Position numbers and translations under genes: made by a program
Shown here: in pieces, positions 29,719 to 39,231 of the stretch
How the letters are laid out: the number at the start of each line of letters is the position of its first letter
Numbering within the stretch: the first letter of the stretch is position 1
The notes under the pieces: generated by a model
The model's database searches: none
The model's input: only the letters and a program-made list of their open reading frames with translations
Told to the model about the DNA's origin: nothing
NCBI GenBank assembly: GCA_030616605.1
Contig: JAUWWY010000002.1
Coordinates: 118,867-182,866 of the forward strand
Length of the DNA stretch: 64,000 bases
Reading direction: 5' to 3'
Origin: a bacterium
GTDB lineage: Bacteria; Patescibacteriota; Minisyncoccia; Minisyncoccales; CG1-02-41-26

Positions 29719-30835
29719 AAGTACTCTTTTGGCTACCGGGACCTTAATCGGAACCATAATAGGGGCCGGTATTTTTGGAATTCCCTATATTGTAGCAAAA
29801 AGTGGCCTTTTAGTTTCTCTTTTTTATTTTTTAATTATATTTCTTGTTTGTCTTGCTTTGAATTTGTTTTTTGGAGAAATTATTCTGCGGACTAAAGAAA
29901 ACCATCGTTTAGTGGGTTATGCTGAGAAATATTTAGGTAAAAAAACTAAAGTTTTAGTAGCTCTTTCAATAACTTTTGGAGTAATTGGCGCTCTCTTAAT
30001 TTATATTATATTAGCCGGCCGATTCTTAAGCATTATTTTTCCCGCTTGTTTGTCATCTTTTCAGTTTAGTTTGATTAGTTGGGTCATCCTCTCTTTTTTT
30101 GTTTTTTTAGGAATAAGATCTATTGCTTCTGTTGAGCTTTTAATGAATGTCGGACTTTTTGCTGCTTTTATTCTAATTTTTGTTTTCAGTTTTCCTAAAA
30201 TTGAAGCTTCTAATTTCATTTTAGCCGATAAAGCTTATCTTTTTTTACCTTTTGGAGTTTTTCTTTTTAGTTTAATTGGCTGGAATGCTGTGCCTGAAAT
30301 TGAGAAAATTTTAACCAAAAAGAAAAATTTAAAAAAAGTAATTTTTTCAGGGTTAACAATTACAGCCGTTTTTTATTTTATATTTGGTTTGATATTAAGC
30401 GGGGTTTCAGGAGAAAATACTACCAAAGAAGTTTTTGAGGGACTTTTACCTTTTTTGGGAAGTAAAATTATAGTCGTTGGTGGGATTTTTGGATTGTTTG
30501 CTGTTTCAACCTCTTTTTTAGTTTTGGCAAACTATCTTAAAAACACTTTAATTTTTGATTATCGTTTTCCTTATTTGTCCGCTTTCTTTTTAATTGCTTT
30601 CTTGCCCTTAGTTTTGTTTTTAGCCGGGCTAAGAGAATTTATCACTGTTATTGCTTTTGTTGGTACTTTTGTTGGTTTAATTGAGGGAATAGTGATTACC
30701 TTGATTTACAAAAGAGCAAAAAAACTCGGCCAAAGAACCCCAGAATATAGTTTAAAAATTCCAAGATTCCTTATTTATTTTATAATCTCGGTTTTGGTTT
30801 TGGGAACAATTAGCCAAATCATTTATTATTTCTAA
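29708..30835 (+). CDS. Amino-acid permease-like transporter (APC/HAAAP-type, about 11 TM helices)
   Basis: LATGTLIGTIIGAGIFGIPY N-terminal motif and polytopic topology. Confidence 0.4.
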   Translation: MRDKSTLLATGTLIGTIIGAGIFGIPYIVAKSGLLVSLFYFLIIFLVCLALNLFFGEIILRTKENHRLVGYAEKYLGKKTKVLVALSITFGVIGALLIYIILAGRFLSIIFPACLSSFQFSLISWVILSFFVFLGIRSIASVELLMNVGLFAAFILIFVFSFPKIEASNFILADKAYLFLPFGVFLFSLIGWNAVPEIEKILTKKKNLKKVIFSGLTITAVFYFIFGLILSGVSGENTTKEVFEGLLPFLGSKIIVVGGIFGLFAVSTSFLVLANYLKNTLIFDYRFPYLSAFFLIAFLPLVLFLAGLREFITVIAFVGTFVGLIEGIVITLIYKRAKKLGQRTPEYSLKIPRFLIYFIISVLVLGTISQIIYYF

Positions 30836-30851
30836 TTTATTTCGTAACCAC

Positions 30852-32099
30852 ATGAAATTTATAGCTGATTTTCACATTCATTCTAAATACTCAAGAGCCA
30901 CCTCTCCCCGGATGGATTTGGAGCATTTGGATAATGCTGCAAAAATCAAAGGAATTAAAGTTTTAGGCACTGGTGATTTTACTCATCCAGAATGGTTTCA
31001 AAATTTAAAAGAAAAATTAGAACTAGCAGAGCCCGGACTTTTCAAATTCAAAAACACTGACAAGAAAACTCGCTTTATTTTAACTTCAGAGATAAGCTGC
31101 ATTTATTCAAAAAATAATCGAGTTCGAAAAATTCACATTGTAGTTTTTGTACCTGATTTTGAGACAGTGGAAAAAATCAATACTCAATTGGCTTGGATAG
31201 GTAACTTAAAAGCAGACGGCCGACCAATTTTAGGATTAGATGCCAAAGAATTAGCCAAGATTGTTTTAAATATTAACTCTGATTGTTTAATTGTTCCGGC
31301 GCATATCTGGACTCCTTGGTTTTCTTTATTTGGTTCAAAATCCGGTTTTGACTCAATTGAGGAATGCTTTGAAGAATATTCAAAGTATATCTACGCCGGT
31401 GAAACAGGTTTGTCGTCAGACCCAAAAATGAATTGGCGATTGTCAGTCTTAGATAAAATTACCCTAATAAGTAATTCTGATGCTCACAGCCCGGCTAAAA
31501 TAGGCCGGGAAGCTAATGTTTTTGATACGGAATTGAGTTATCAAGCAATAATTGAGGCCATAAAACAAAAAGACCCTCAGAAATTTTTATATACAATTGA
31601 GTTTTTCCCTGAGGAAGGAAAATATCATTACGATGGTCATAGAAATTGTGAAATCAGTTTATCTCCTGAGGAAACAAAAAAATATAATGGAATTTGTCCT
31701 CGTTGCGGCAGACCCCTGACAATTGGAGTTTTGAGTAGGGTTGAGCAATTAGCTGACAGGCCCGAGGGATTTAAACCCCAAAATGTTATTCCTTATAAAA
31801 GTTTGATTCCTTTAGAGGAAATAATTGGCGAAGTTTTAGGAATAGGTGTTGGAACAAAAGAAGTGGAGCGGGAGTACAAAAATTTAATTGAGAAATTTAA
31901 TTCAGAATTTAATGTTTTACTTAATAGTTCCATTTCTGATTTAAAATCAGCAACTTTGCCGGAAATCGCTGAAGCTATTTCAAGGGTTAGAGAAGGAAAA
32001 GTGAAGGTAGAGCCCGGCTACGATGGTGTTTTTGGGAAAATAAGAATGTTTTCTGAAGAAGAAAAAAGAAGGGTTTCGGGACAAAAAAGCTTGTTTTGA
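30852..32099 (+). CDS. PHP-domain protein resembling endonuclease Q (TIGR00375 family)
   Basis: ADFHIHSKYSRATS PHP metal motif, TGDFTHPEW, and a C-terminal CxxC...CPRCG zinc knuckle. Confidence 0.45.
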   Translation: MKFIADFHIHSKYSRATSPRMDLEHLDNAAKIKGIKVLGTGDFTHPEWFQNLKEKLELAEPGLFKFKNTDKKTRFILTSEISCIYSKNNRVRKIHIVVFVPDFETVEKINTQLAWIGNLKADGRPILGLDAKELAKIVLNINSDCLIVPAHIWTPWFSLFGSKSGFDSIEECFEEYSKYIYAGETGLSSDPKMNWRLSVLDKITLISNSDAHSPAKIGREANVFDTELSYQAIIEAIKQKDPQKFLYTIEFFPEEGKYHYDGHRNCEISLSPEETKKYNGICPRCGRPLTIGVLSRVEQLADRPEGFKPQNVIPYKSLIPLEEIIGEVLGIGVGTKEVEREYKNLIEKFNSEFNVLLNSSISDLKSATLPEIAEAISRVREGKVKVEPGYDGVFGKIRMFSEEEKRRVSGQKSLF

Positions 32100-32143
32100 A
32101 AACTCAGAAAGATAAAATAAAAGTATAATTTAGTTTTAGAGAT

Positions 32144-32557
32144 ATGATTGAAGAATACCATTTTGGGTCAATAATAATTGATGGAAAAACCTATAACCAT
32201 GACCTAGAGGTTCGTTGGACAGGAGAAATTTTAGATTGGTGGAGGAAAGAATCTCATTTGATTGATGTTGGAGATATAAAAAGAGCTTTGGAGCAAAATC
32301 CAGAAGTAATTGTAATTGGAACCGGCGAATCAGGAATGGCCAGGGTTACGGAAGCTCTCCAAGAAGAAATAGAAAAGAGAGGAATTAAATTAATAATTGA
32401 TATAACCAGAGAAGCAGTCAGAACTTTCAATATCATCAACGAAGAATCCGAAGACTACAACCCGCCCACCACATCCTCCCACTCGCCTAAAGGCGAGCGG
32501 GCCCCTGAGGAAGGAAAGGAAACCAAAGTAATCGGCCTTTTCCACCTAACTTGCTAA
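32144..32557 (+). CDS. Mth938-domain protein with GC-rich low-complexity C-terminal extension
   Basis: HFGSIIIDGKTYNHDLEV...PEVIVIGTGESG...FNIINEE matches the Mth938/DUF498 fold. The last ~30 codons are unusually GC-rich. Confidence 0.5.
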   Translation: MIEEYHFGSIIIDGKTYNHDLEVRWTGEILDWWRKESHLIDVGDIKRALEQNPEVIVIGTGESGMARVTEALQEEIEKRGIKLIIDITREAVRTFNIINEESEDYNPPTTSSHSPKGERAPEEGKETKVIGLFHLTC

Positions 32558-32680
32558 TATGGAGAATAATTGATAGGATTGTCCTGTCAGCGAGGTGTTT
32601 ATCCAAGTAAGTTTTTGATTTCTTTGTTAAAAGTGTTGACAAACTCTTTTTAAAGATTAAGATTAAAAAGGATTAGGAGT

Positions 32681-33148
32681 ATGGCGGAAGACAAAAAAAT
32701 CTATTTAACTAAAAAAGGAGAGAAAAAGATAAAAGAAGAATTGACGAAATTACTGAAAACAAGGAAACTTAAGTCAAAAAAGGACGTTCCCTCTGTTTTG
32801 CATTCGGAAGAATTAAACACTGAGTTTCTTACTTTTCGGGAAGATCTTGAATTTTTAGAATTGAAAATTAAGGAATTGGAATATATTTTAAAAAATTATG
32901 AAATCATTAAGATTCCTCCCAAAAAAGAAAGAGACAAAGTTCATCTAGGAGCTCAAGTTAAGGTAGAGGTTGACGGTCAAGAAGATGAATTTATGATTAT
33001 TGGAACACTCGAGGCAAATCCTACAGCCGGCAAAATTTCAAATGAGTCGCCGGTTGGCAAAGCTTTTATAAACCATAAAGTCGGAGATGAAGTAATTATT
33101 TCTTCTCCGGTAAAAGTAGTTTACAAGATTAAAGCTATAAAATATTAA
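32681..33148 (+). CDS. greA: GreA/GreB-family transcription elongation factor (divergent N-terminus)
   Basis: C-terminal FKBP-like domain SNESPVGKAFINHKVGDEVII...YKIKAIKY with an N-terminal coiled coil. TTGACA at 32636 lies upstream. Confidence 0.55.
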   Translation: MAEDKKIYLTKKGEKKIKEELTKLLKTRKLKSKKDVPSVLHSEELNTEFLTFREDLEFLELKIKELEYILKNYEIIKIPPKKERDKVHLGAQVKVEVDGQEDEFMIIGTLEANPTAGKISNESPVGKAFINHKVGDEVIISSPVKVVYKIKAIKY

Positions 33149-33192
33149 ATCTAATTAAAAGGGGCTGTTCAAACAGTTCTCTTTTTTTACTT

Positions 33193-34542
33193 ATGGGCAA
33201 CCTGTTTGTTTTTTTTAGAAATATCCAAGAATTAAAAGAAAAAAAGAGAAGAGGCTGGCTGCTTCATCAAATAAAAGATTCAGAGAACACTTCCAGTCAT
33301 ATTTTTAGAATGACAATTTTGGCTTGGCTGCTGGGTAGAAAGAAAGGACTGAATATCGAAAAAGTTATCAAGATGGCTTTAATCCATGATGTAGGCGAAG
33401 CCCTTACTTTTGATGAAACTCCTTATGACCCCCTTTTACCAAAGGGGATTGATTCAGCCCAAAGCAAGTCTCAAGTAAATGATATTCTTCAAAAATGGCC
33501 TAAATTTACCTTAGAGCAAAAAAAAGAAAAAGTTTCAAAAAAAGAACAAAGAGAATACCAGGCCTTAAAAAAAATCCTTTCAGACCTACCTTTATCTTTA
33601 AGAGAAGAAATGGAGAACCTTTGGCTTGATTTTGAGAAAGGACTTTCTAAGGAAGCAAGGTTTGTCAAACAAATTGATAAAGCCGAGAATTTTTTACAAG
33701 GTCTTGAATATTGGGAGAAATACGGCAGAATCCAGATTCATCTTTGGATAAGATGGATAAAGGAGATTTTTGATGACCCTTTACTAATAAGTTTTGAAGA
33801 AGCCATAGAGAGAAGATTTATTAAAAAGTCTAAAGGCAGAAAAAAAGACATAGATAAACTATTAGATTTTTTAATTGAGATTGGTGAGTTAAAAAACAAA
33901 GAAAGACCAAAATGGATTTTTAGAAAAGTTCCTAACCCGGAAAGAATAGCTGACCATAGTTTTGCTACTGCTATTATGGCTTGGGTTTTTTCAAAAGATA
34001 AAAATCTAAACCAAAGGAGACTTCTAAAAATGGCTTTAATTCATGAATTAAGTAAAGTTTATGCTGAAAGCACAAGGATTGAATACACACTTTCCCCAAA
34101 TCTTAGAGAGGAAATCAGAAAAATGATTAATGAACCTTCAAAATTTTCTCCCCTTAAAAGGGGAGAAATTTTAAAAGAACTTCAAAAAAAATACAAGAAG
34201 TGGCCTGAACTTTCTAAGAAAAAGAAAGAGAAGATTTTTGAAGAAAGATACAAAAAAGAAAAAAAATCAATTGAAAAATTAACTTTCTTTTTACCAAAGG
34301 AACTTAGAGAAGAAATAAGGGATTTATGGAATCAATATCGGAGAGGTTTAACTAGAGAAGGAAGATTTCTTCAGCAGATAGACATAACAGAGAATTTTTT
34401 TCAAGCTCTTAAATATTATCAAGCAGATAAAAATTTTCCAATTGAACCTTGGTGGAATGAAATAGGAGAAAAAATAGAAGAGCCTTTCCTTTTAAATTTT
34501 ATAGAATCTCTAAATAAAAAAGTCCCATTTGGAACAAGATAA
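33193..34542 (+). CDS. Tandem HD-domain protein (two YfbR-like 5'-deoxynucleotidase-type HD modules)
   Basis: Two repeats of HxFRMxxxAW...ALIHDxxE, at about aa 30-90 and aa 250-300. Confidence 0.55.
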   Translation: MGNLFVFFRNIQELKEKKRRGWLLHQIKDSENTSSHIFRMTILAWLLGRKKGLNIEKVIKMALIHDVGEALTFDETPYDPLLPKGIDSAQSKSQVNDILQKWPKFTLEQKKEKVSKKEQREYQALKKILSDLPLSLREEMENLWLDFEKGLSKEARFVKQIDKAENFLQGLEYWEKYGRIQIHLWIRWIKEIFDDPLLISFEEAIERRFIKKSKGRKKDIDKLLDFLIEIGELKNKERPKWIFRKVPNPERIADHSFATAIMAWVFSKDKNLNQRRLLKMALIHELSKVYAESTRIEYTLSPNLREEIRKMINEPSKFSPLKRGEILKELQKKYKKWPELSKKKKEKIFEERYKKEKKSIEKLTFFLPKELREEIRDLWNQYRRGLTREGRFLQQIDITENFFQALKYYQADKNFPIEPWWNEIGEKIEEPFLLNFIESLNKKVPFGTR

Positions 34543-34628
34543 AAGAAGTAAGAATACCCTAAATTAGAAAAGAAATTAGGGTTTTTTTGTGCTACAATTA
34601 TCTAAGCGAAGCGAAAGCATAATTACAA

Positions 34629-35294
34629 GTGAATATGAAGATTAATTTAGTTCCCAATAAAGTTATAAAATATCTTGTTCTAAGTGATTTAGCTTTCTGG
34701 AGTGGTTGGGGATTGATTGCTCCTATTTTCGCCATTTTTATTGTTGAAAGAATTGAAGGAGGAAGTATTGTTGTTGTTGGAATAGCTTCAGCAGTTTACT
34801 GGTTCTCCAGGTCTTTATTTAGAATTCCTATTGGAATGTTCTTGGACACTCTGCCTTCAGAAAAAGATGATTATTTTATCTTGGTAGCCGGTCTTTTAAT
34901 AGCTGCTTTGGTTCCTTTTGGTTTTATTTTCGCCAAAATTCCTTTACATATTTATATCTTGCAATTTTTCTATGCTTTAGGTATAGCAATGTCTTTTTCT
35001 GGTTGGACTGCTATTTTTACTCGCCACATTGATAAAGGTAAAGAATCGACTGAATGGGGTTTAGATTCAACCTCAATTGGCTTAGGTGCCGGAGTTGGAG
35101 GAGCTGTTGGTGGTTGGGCAGTTAGCCAATTTGGTTTTACTTCTGTTTTTATAGCAGTTGGAATTTTAGGTCTAATCGGCGTGATTTTGCTTTTTGCCTT
35201 GAGAAAAGAAATAAAAGGGGTTTTTGAGCAAAAGACTTTAGATAACGGATTCTCTTCCTATTTCAGAAATATTTTCTATAAAGAAGGAAAATGA
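34629..35294 (+). CDS. Membrane protein, about 6 TM helices (half-MFS-like), hypothetical
   Basis: Hydrophobicity pattern only. Confidence 0.3.
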   Translation: MNMKINLVPNKVIKYLVLSDLAFWSGWGLIAPIFAIFIVERIEGGSIVVVGIASAVYWFSRSLFRIPIGMFLDTLPSEKDDYFILVAGLLIAALVPFGFIFAKIPLHIYILQFFYALGIAMSFSGWTAIFTRHIDKGKESTEWGLDSTSIGLGAGVGGAVGGWAVSQFGFTSVFIAVGILGLIGVILLFALRKEIKGVFEQKTLDNGFSSYFRNIFYKEGK

Positions 35295-35298
35295 TTTC

Positions 35299-37059
35299 AT
35301 GAAGAATCAGGAAATTGCTAAAATTTTTTACGAAATCGCTTATTTTCTAGAAATGGAGGAAGTGGCTTTTAAACCCTTTGCTTACCAAAAGGCAGCTTTA
35401 ACCTTAGAAACTTTTGAAGAAGATATTGAGGAAATTTACAAAAAAGGAGGAGAAACTGCTGTTGAGAAGATTCCAGGTGTTGGTAAAAGTATTGCTGCCA
35501 AAATTATTGAATATTTAAAAACAGGAAAGATAAAATACTACCAAGATTATAAGAAAAAGTATCCAGTAGAGATGGGGGAGTTAATAGCGGTTGAGGGACT
35601 GGGTTCAAAAATGGTCAGGGATTTGTATAAATATTTAAAGATCCGCAATTTAAAAGATTTAGAAAAAGCTGCCCGAGCTGGCAAAATCAGAAATTTGCCG
35701 AATTTTGGTCAAACGACCGAAAAAAATATTTTGGAAGGTATTAAATTTTTAAAGCGGAGTAAAGGAAGATTTCTTTTAGGTGAGATTTTGCCTCAAACCA
35801 GAGAGATTCAAGAGAACTTAAAGAGTTTAAAAGAAGTAGAAGAAATTAGTGTTTGCGGCTCAGTCAGAAGAATGAAAGAAACAATCGGTGATATTGATTT
35901 TTTAGTGGTGACAAAAGAAAATGAAAGGGTAATGGACTTTTTTTGTTCTTTGCCGGACGTAGAAAGAATCTGGGCTAAGGGTCCAACAAAATCTTCAATA
36001 AGACTGAAACAGGGATTTGATGTTGACCTGCGAGTGGTTCCAGCAAAATCCTACGGTTCAGCTCTACAATATTTTACCGGCTCTAAAGAACATAATATCC
36101 AATTGAGAAAAATTGCTATTAATAAAGGATACAAACTTAATGAATATGGACTTTTTAAAGGTTCCAGAAGAATAGCTGGCAAGAGCGAAGAAGAAATTTA
36201 TAAAAAATTAGGAATGAAATGCCCAGCCCCAGAAATTAGAGAGAACAGGGGAGAAATTGAAGCAGCCCTTCGTCAGGCTCAGGGCAAATCCAAGGGATTA
36301 CCGAAATTAGTTAAGCTAAAAGATATTAAAGGCGACCTTCATTGTCACTCAAATTGGAACGGCGGAGTCAATTCCATTGAAGAGATGGTTCAGAGTGCCC
36401 TGAGTCGGGGTTATCAATATCTTGGCATTTCCGACCACACTAAATTTTTAAAGATAGAACACGGTTTAGATGAAAGACAGTTAGCTCAACAGCGTAAAGA
36501 AATAGATAAACTTAATAAAAAGTTTCAAGATTCAAAGCTCCCGCCTGCCGGACGGGCAGGCAAGTTTCAGATTCTCCAGGGAGCTGAAACAAATATTCTT
36601 AAAGATGGCTCAATAGATATAAAAGACGAGGCTTTGAAAAAACTGGATTATGCTATAGCCGGAGTTCATTCAAATTTTAAAATGACTAAAGCTCAGATGA
36701 CAGAAAGGATTATTAAAGCAATGAAAAATCCTTATATCAAAGTTATTGCTCATCCAACCGGCAGGATTTTGAAAAGAAGAGATGAATATCAAATTGATAT
36801 TGATAAAATTTTGAGAATGGCCAAAGAAACAAAAACAATTTTGGAAATAAATTCTTTTCCCCAAAGATTAGATTTAAATGATATTAATATCAAAAGAGCA
36901 ATTGAGATGGGAGTAAAATTAGTAATAAACACAGATTCTCATCACAAAGACCAATTGAGATTTATGGAATACGGGATTTTCCAGGCCCGCCGAGGCTGGG
37001 CAGAAAAAAAAGACATCATTAACACCTACTCCCTAGAAAAACTAATTAAATTTTTTTGA
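35299..37059 (+). CDS. DNA polymerase X family protein with C-terminal PHP phosphoesterase domain
   Basis: HhH motifs, Pol beta nucleotidyltransferase GSVRRMKETIGDIDFLV, and PHP motifs DLHCHSNWNGG and HPTGR. Confidence 0.8.
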   Translation: MKNQEIAKIFYEIAYFLEMEEVAFKPFAYQKAALTLETFEEDIEEIYKKGGETAVEKIPGVGKSIAAKIIEYLKTGKIKYYQDYKKKYPVEMGELIAVEGLGSKMVRDLYKYLKIRNLKDLEKAARAGKIRNLPNFGQTTEKNILEGIKFLKRSKGRFLLGEILPQTREIQENLKSLKEVEEISVCGSVRRMKETIGDIDFLVVTKENERVMDFFCSLPDVERIWAKGPTKSSIRLKQGFDVDLRVVPAKSYGSALQYFTGSKEHNIQLRKIAINKGYKLNEYGLFKGSRRIAGKSEEEIYKKLGMKCPAPEIRENRGEIEAALRQAQGKSKGLPKLVKLKDIKGDLHCHSNWNGGVNSIEEMVQSALSRGYQYLGISDHTKFLKIEHGLDERQLAQQRKEIDKLNKKFQDSKLPPAGRAGKFQILQGAETNILKDGSIDIKDEALKKLDYAIAGVHSNFKMTKAQMTERIIKAMKNPYIKVIAHPTGRILKRRDEYQIDIDKILRMAKETKTILEINSFPQRLDLNDINIKRAIEMGVKLVINTDSHHKDQLRFMEYGIFQARRGWAEKKDIINTYSLEKLIKFF

Positions 37060-37096
37060 ATATTGATTTAAAGAATTAGTTTGTTAAAGTAAAATT

Positions 37097-37180
37097 ATGA
37101 AAAAAGATATTATCTGGGTTATTTTGGGAATAGCGGCTATTGTAATTATTTGGTTGCTCTCTAATTTACTCTACCGTTAA
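37097..37180 (+). CDS. Possible 27-aa hydrophobic micropeptide
   Basis: MKKDIIWVILGIAAIVIIWLLSNLLYR forms a single TM helix. Too short to appear in the ORF track. Confidence 0.15.
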   Translation: MKKDIIWVILGIAAIVIIWLLSNLLYR

Positions 37181-37193
37181 CAATTTTTAAGAC

Positions 37194-37631
37194 ATGCCTT
37201 TTGAAAAATCAGCCGGAGCAATAGTATTTTGGAGAAAAAAAGGTGAAATTTATTACCTTCTTTTACATTATGAGATGGGGCATTGGGAATTTGCCAAAGG
37301 AAATATTGAAAAAGGAGAAACTTTAGAAGATACGGTTAAAAGAGAAGTTAAAGAGGAAAGTGGAATAGAAAATATTAAGTTTGTTGATGGGTTTAAAGAA
37401 CATATAAAATATTTTTACAAACTCAAAGGGAAAAATATTTTTAAAATTGTCACTTTCTTTTTAACTGAAGCAAAAAGCCCAAAAGTGAAACTTTCTTGGG
37501 AACACAAAGGTTTTAAATGGCTTCCTTATCAAAAAGCAATTGAACAGCTAACTTTTAAAAACTCAAAAGAAATTCTAAAAAAAGCAAATGAGTTTCTCAT
37601 AAAACATGAAAATATTAAAAAAACAAGATAA
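37194..37631 (+). CDS. NUDIX hydrolase
   Basis: Nudix box GHWEFAKGNIEKGETLEDTVKREVKEESGI. Confidence 0.7.
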   Translation: MPFEKSAGAIVFWRKKGEIYYLLLHYEMGHWEFAKGNIEKGETLEDTVKREVKEESGIENIKFVDGFKEHIKYFYKLKGKNIFKIVTFFLTEAKSPKVKLSWEHKGFKWLPYQKAIEQLTFKNSKEILKKANEFLIKHENIKKTR

Positions 37632-37634
37632 AAC

Positions 37635-39128
37635 ATGGCAAAATTACATCAAGATTTAATAAACAAAGAGTTTCAATACAAAGATATTACTCTTTTACCT
37701 AATCGTCTTCCTGATTTTGAACGAGATGAGGTAGATTTAACAACTCATTTTTCTAAGAATATAGAACTTAAAGTTCCCTTAGTTTCCTCTCCAATGGATA
37801 CGGTTACTGGAGCTGAAATGGCAATCTTAATGGCTTTAGAGGGAGGAATTGGAGTAATTCACTACAATTTTCAGACCATAGATGAACAAATTGAAAAAGT
37901 TGAAAAAGTCAAGAGATTTAAAGCAGGGTTTATTCATAATCCTCTGGTTTTGTCTCCTCAAAATACAATCAAGGATATTTATGAGATTAACGATAAATAT
38001 GGATTTTTTAGTCTGCCAATTACAGAAGATGGAACCTTGAACTCAAAATTAAAAGGGATTGTCACTCACCGCGATATCAGGTATCGGGAAGATATGGAAA
38101 CTAAATTAGAGAAAGTAATGACCCCGAGAGAAAAATTACGAATTGCCTTTAAAAAAGACACAGTAGATAAAAATGATTTAGATTTTGTTCATAAAATTAT
38201 AAAAGAATATAATCTTGACACTTTGCCGATTATTGATAAAGATGATAAGATTGTTGCTTTGGTTACTGACAGTGATTTAAGAAAGGATAAAAAATATCCC
38301 TTAGCAACAAAAAATAAAAATAAACAATTGAGAATATTTACTGCCGTTGAATCAAGATTAAAATTAGCCAAAGAGAGAATTGGCAAGGGTTATGAAGCTG
38401 GAATTGATGGAATTATTATAGATGCCGGCATTGTCTTTAAGGAACAAATTGAAATTGCCAAATATTGTAAAGAAAATTTCCCCAGATTAGAAGTAATTTT
38501 AGGTAATGTTGGTTCAGGAAAGATGGTAGAGGAAATAATAAAAGGAGCTTCAAATTATTGTGATGGTTTAAGAGTGGGAATTGGCCCGGGGACAGCCTGT
38601 ATTACTCAACAAGAACTTGGTACTGGAAGAAGTCAGGCTTCAGCAGTTTGGGAATGTGTTCAGACAGCAAAGAATCTGGAGGCAAAATATGGTTTTATGC
38701 CAATTATTGCTGACGGAGGCATAAAAATCCCTGATTTAGGAAGTGGAGACATTCAAAAGCCCGGGGATATAACCAAGGCCTTAGCTTTGGGGGCTCAAAC
38801 AGTAATGATGGGGGGATTATTAGCTGGATTAGACCAGTCACCAGGTGAAAAGGAATTTGATTATAAAGAAGATAGAATGATAAAGAAATACCGGGGCATG
38901 GGTTCCCCAGAAGCTATGGAAAGAAGATCAGGAGTAAGATATGGAATGGATAAAGTAAAAATAAAAGTTCCTGAAGGAAAACTAATAAAAGTACCTTATC
39001 GTGGTTCTGGTTATGACTTTATTCCAAAACTGATAGCAGGAATAAAGCAAAGCTTGCAAAAACAAGGATTTAAAAACATTAAGGAACTCCAGAAATTTGC
39101 TGATATCCGTTTTTTACCCTCAGAATAA
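37635..39128 (+). CDS. guaB: IMP dehydrogenase / GuaB-family protein with CBS pair
   Basis: PLVSSPMDTVTG, the CBS pair, and GIGPGTACITQ containing the catalytic Cys. Confidence 0.75.
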   Translation: MAKLHQDLINKEFQYKDITLLPNRLPDFERDEVDLTTHFSKNIELKVPLVSSPMDTVTGAEMAILMALEGGIGVIHYNFQTIDEQIEKVEKVKRFKAGFIHNPLVLSPQNTIKDIYEINDKYGFFSLPITEDGTLNSKLKGIVTHRDIRYREDMETKLEKVMTPREKLRIAFKKDTVDKNDLDFVHKIIKEYNLDTLPIIDKDDKIVALVTDSDLRKDKKYPLATKNKNKQLRIFTAVESRLKLAKERIGKGYEAGIDGIIIDAGIVFKEQIEIAKYCKENFPRLEVILGNVGSGKMVEEIIKGASNYCDGLRVGIGPGTACITQQELGTGRSQASAVWECVQTAKNLEAKYGFMPIIADGGIKIPDLGSGDIQKPGDITKALALGAQTVMMGGLLAGLDQSPGEKEFDYKEDRMIKKYRGMGSPEAMERRSGVRYGMDKVKIKVPEGKLIKVPYRGSGYDFIPKLIAGIKQSLQKQGFKNIKELQKFADIRFLPSE

Positions 39129-39231
39129 AAATTTTAATAGAAAAACAGCTCTTTAAAAAACAACCGCGCCCGACATCGCCTTTGGCTCAGTCAAAGGCGG
39201 GTGGGCAAATCAAAAATAGGAGAAGATTAGA

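Noticed and set aside
32440-32600. SRP (4.5S) RNA suggested by the GGAAGGAA stretch
   Set aside because: No GNRA-capped helix 8 with the symmetric loop could be folded, and the stretch is inside an open reading frame.
39129-39231. Purine or ZTP riboswitch between guaB and the purF-like gene
   Set aside because: It lacks the conserved UGACUGGCG / CCGCCUGGGCA (ZTP) and the purine-aptamer junction sequences. Only a simple hairpin is present.
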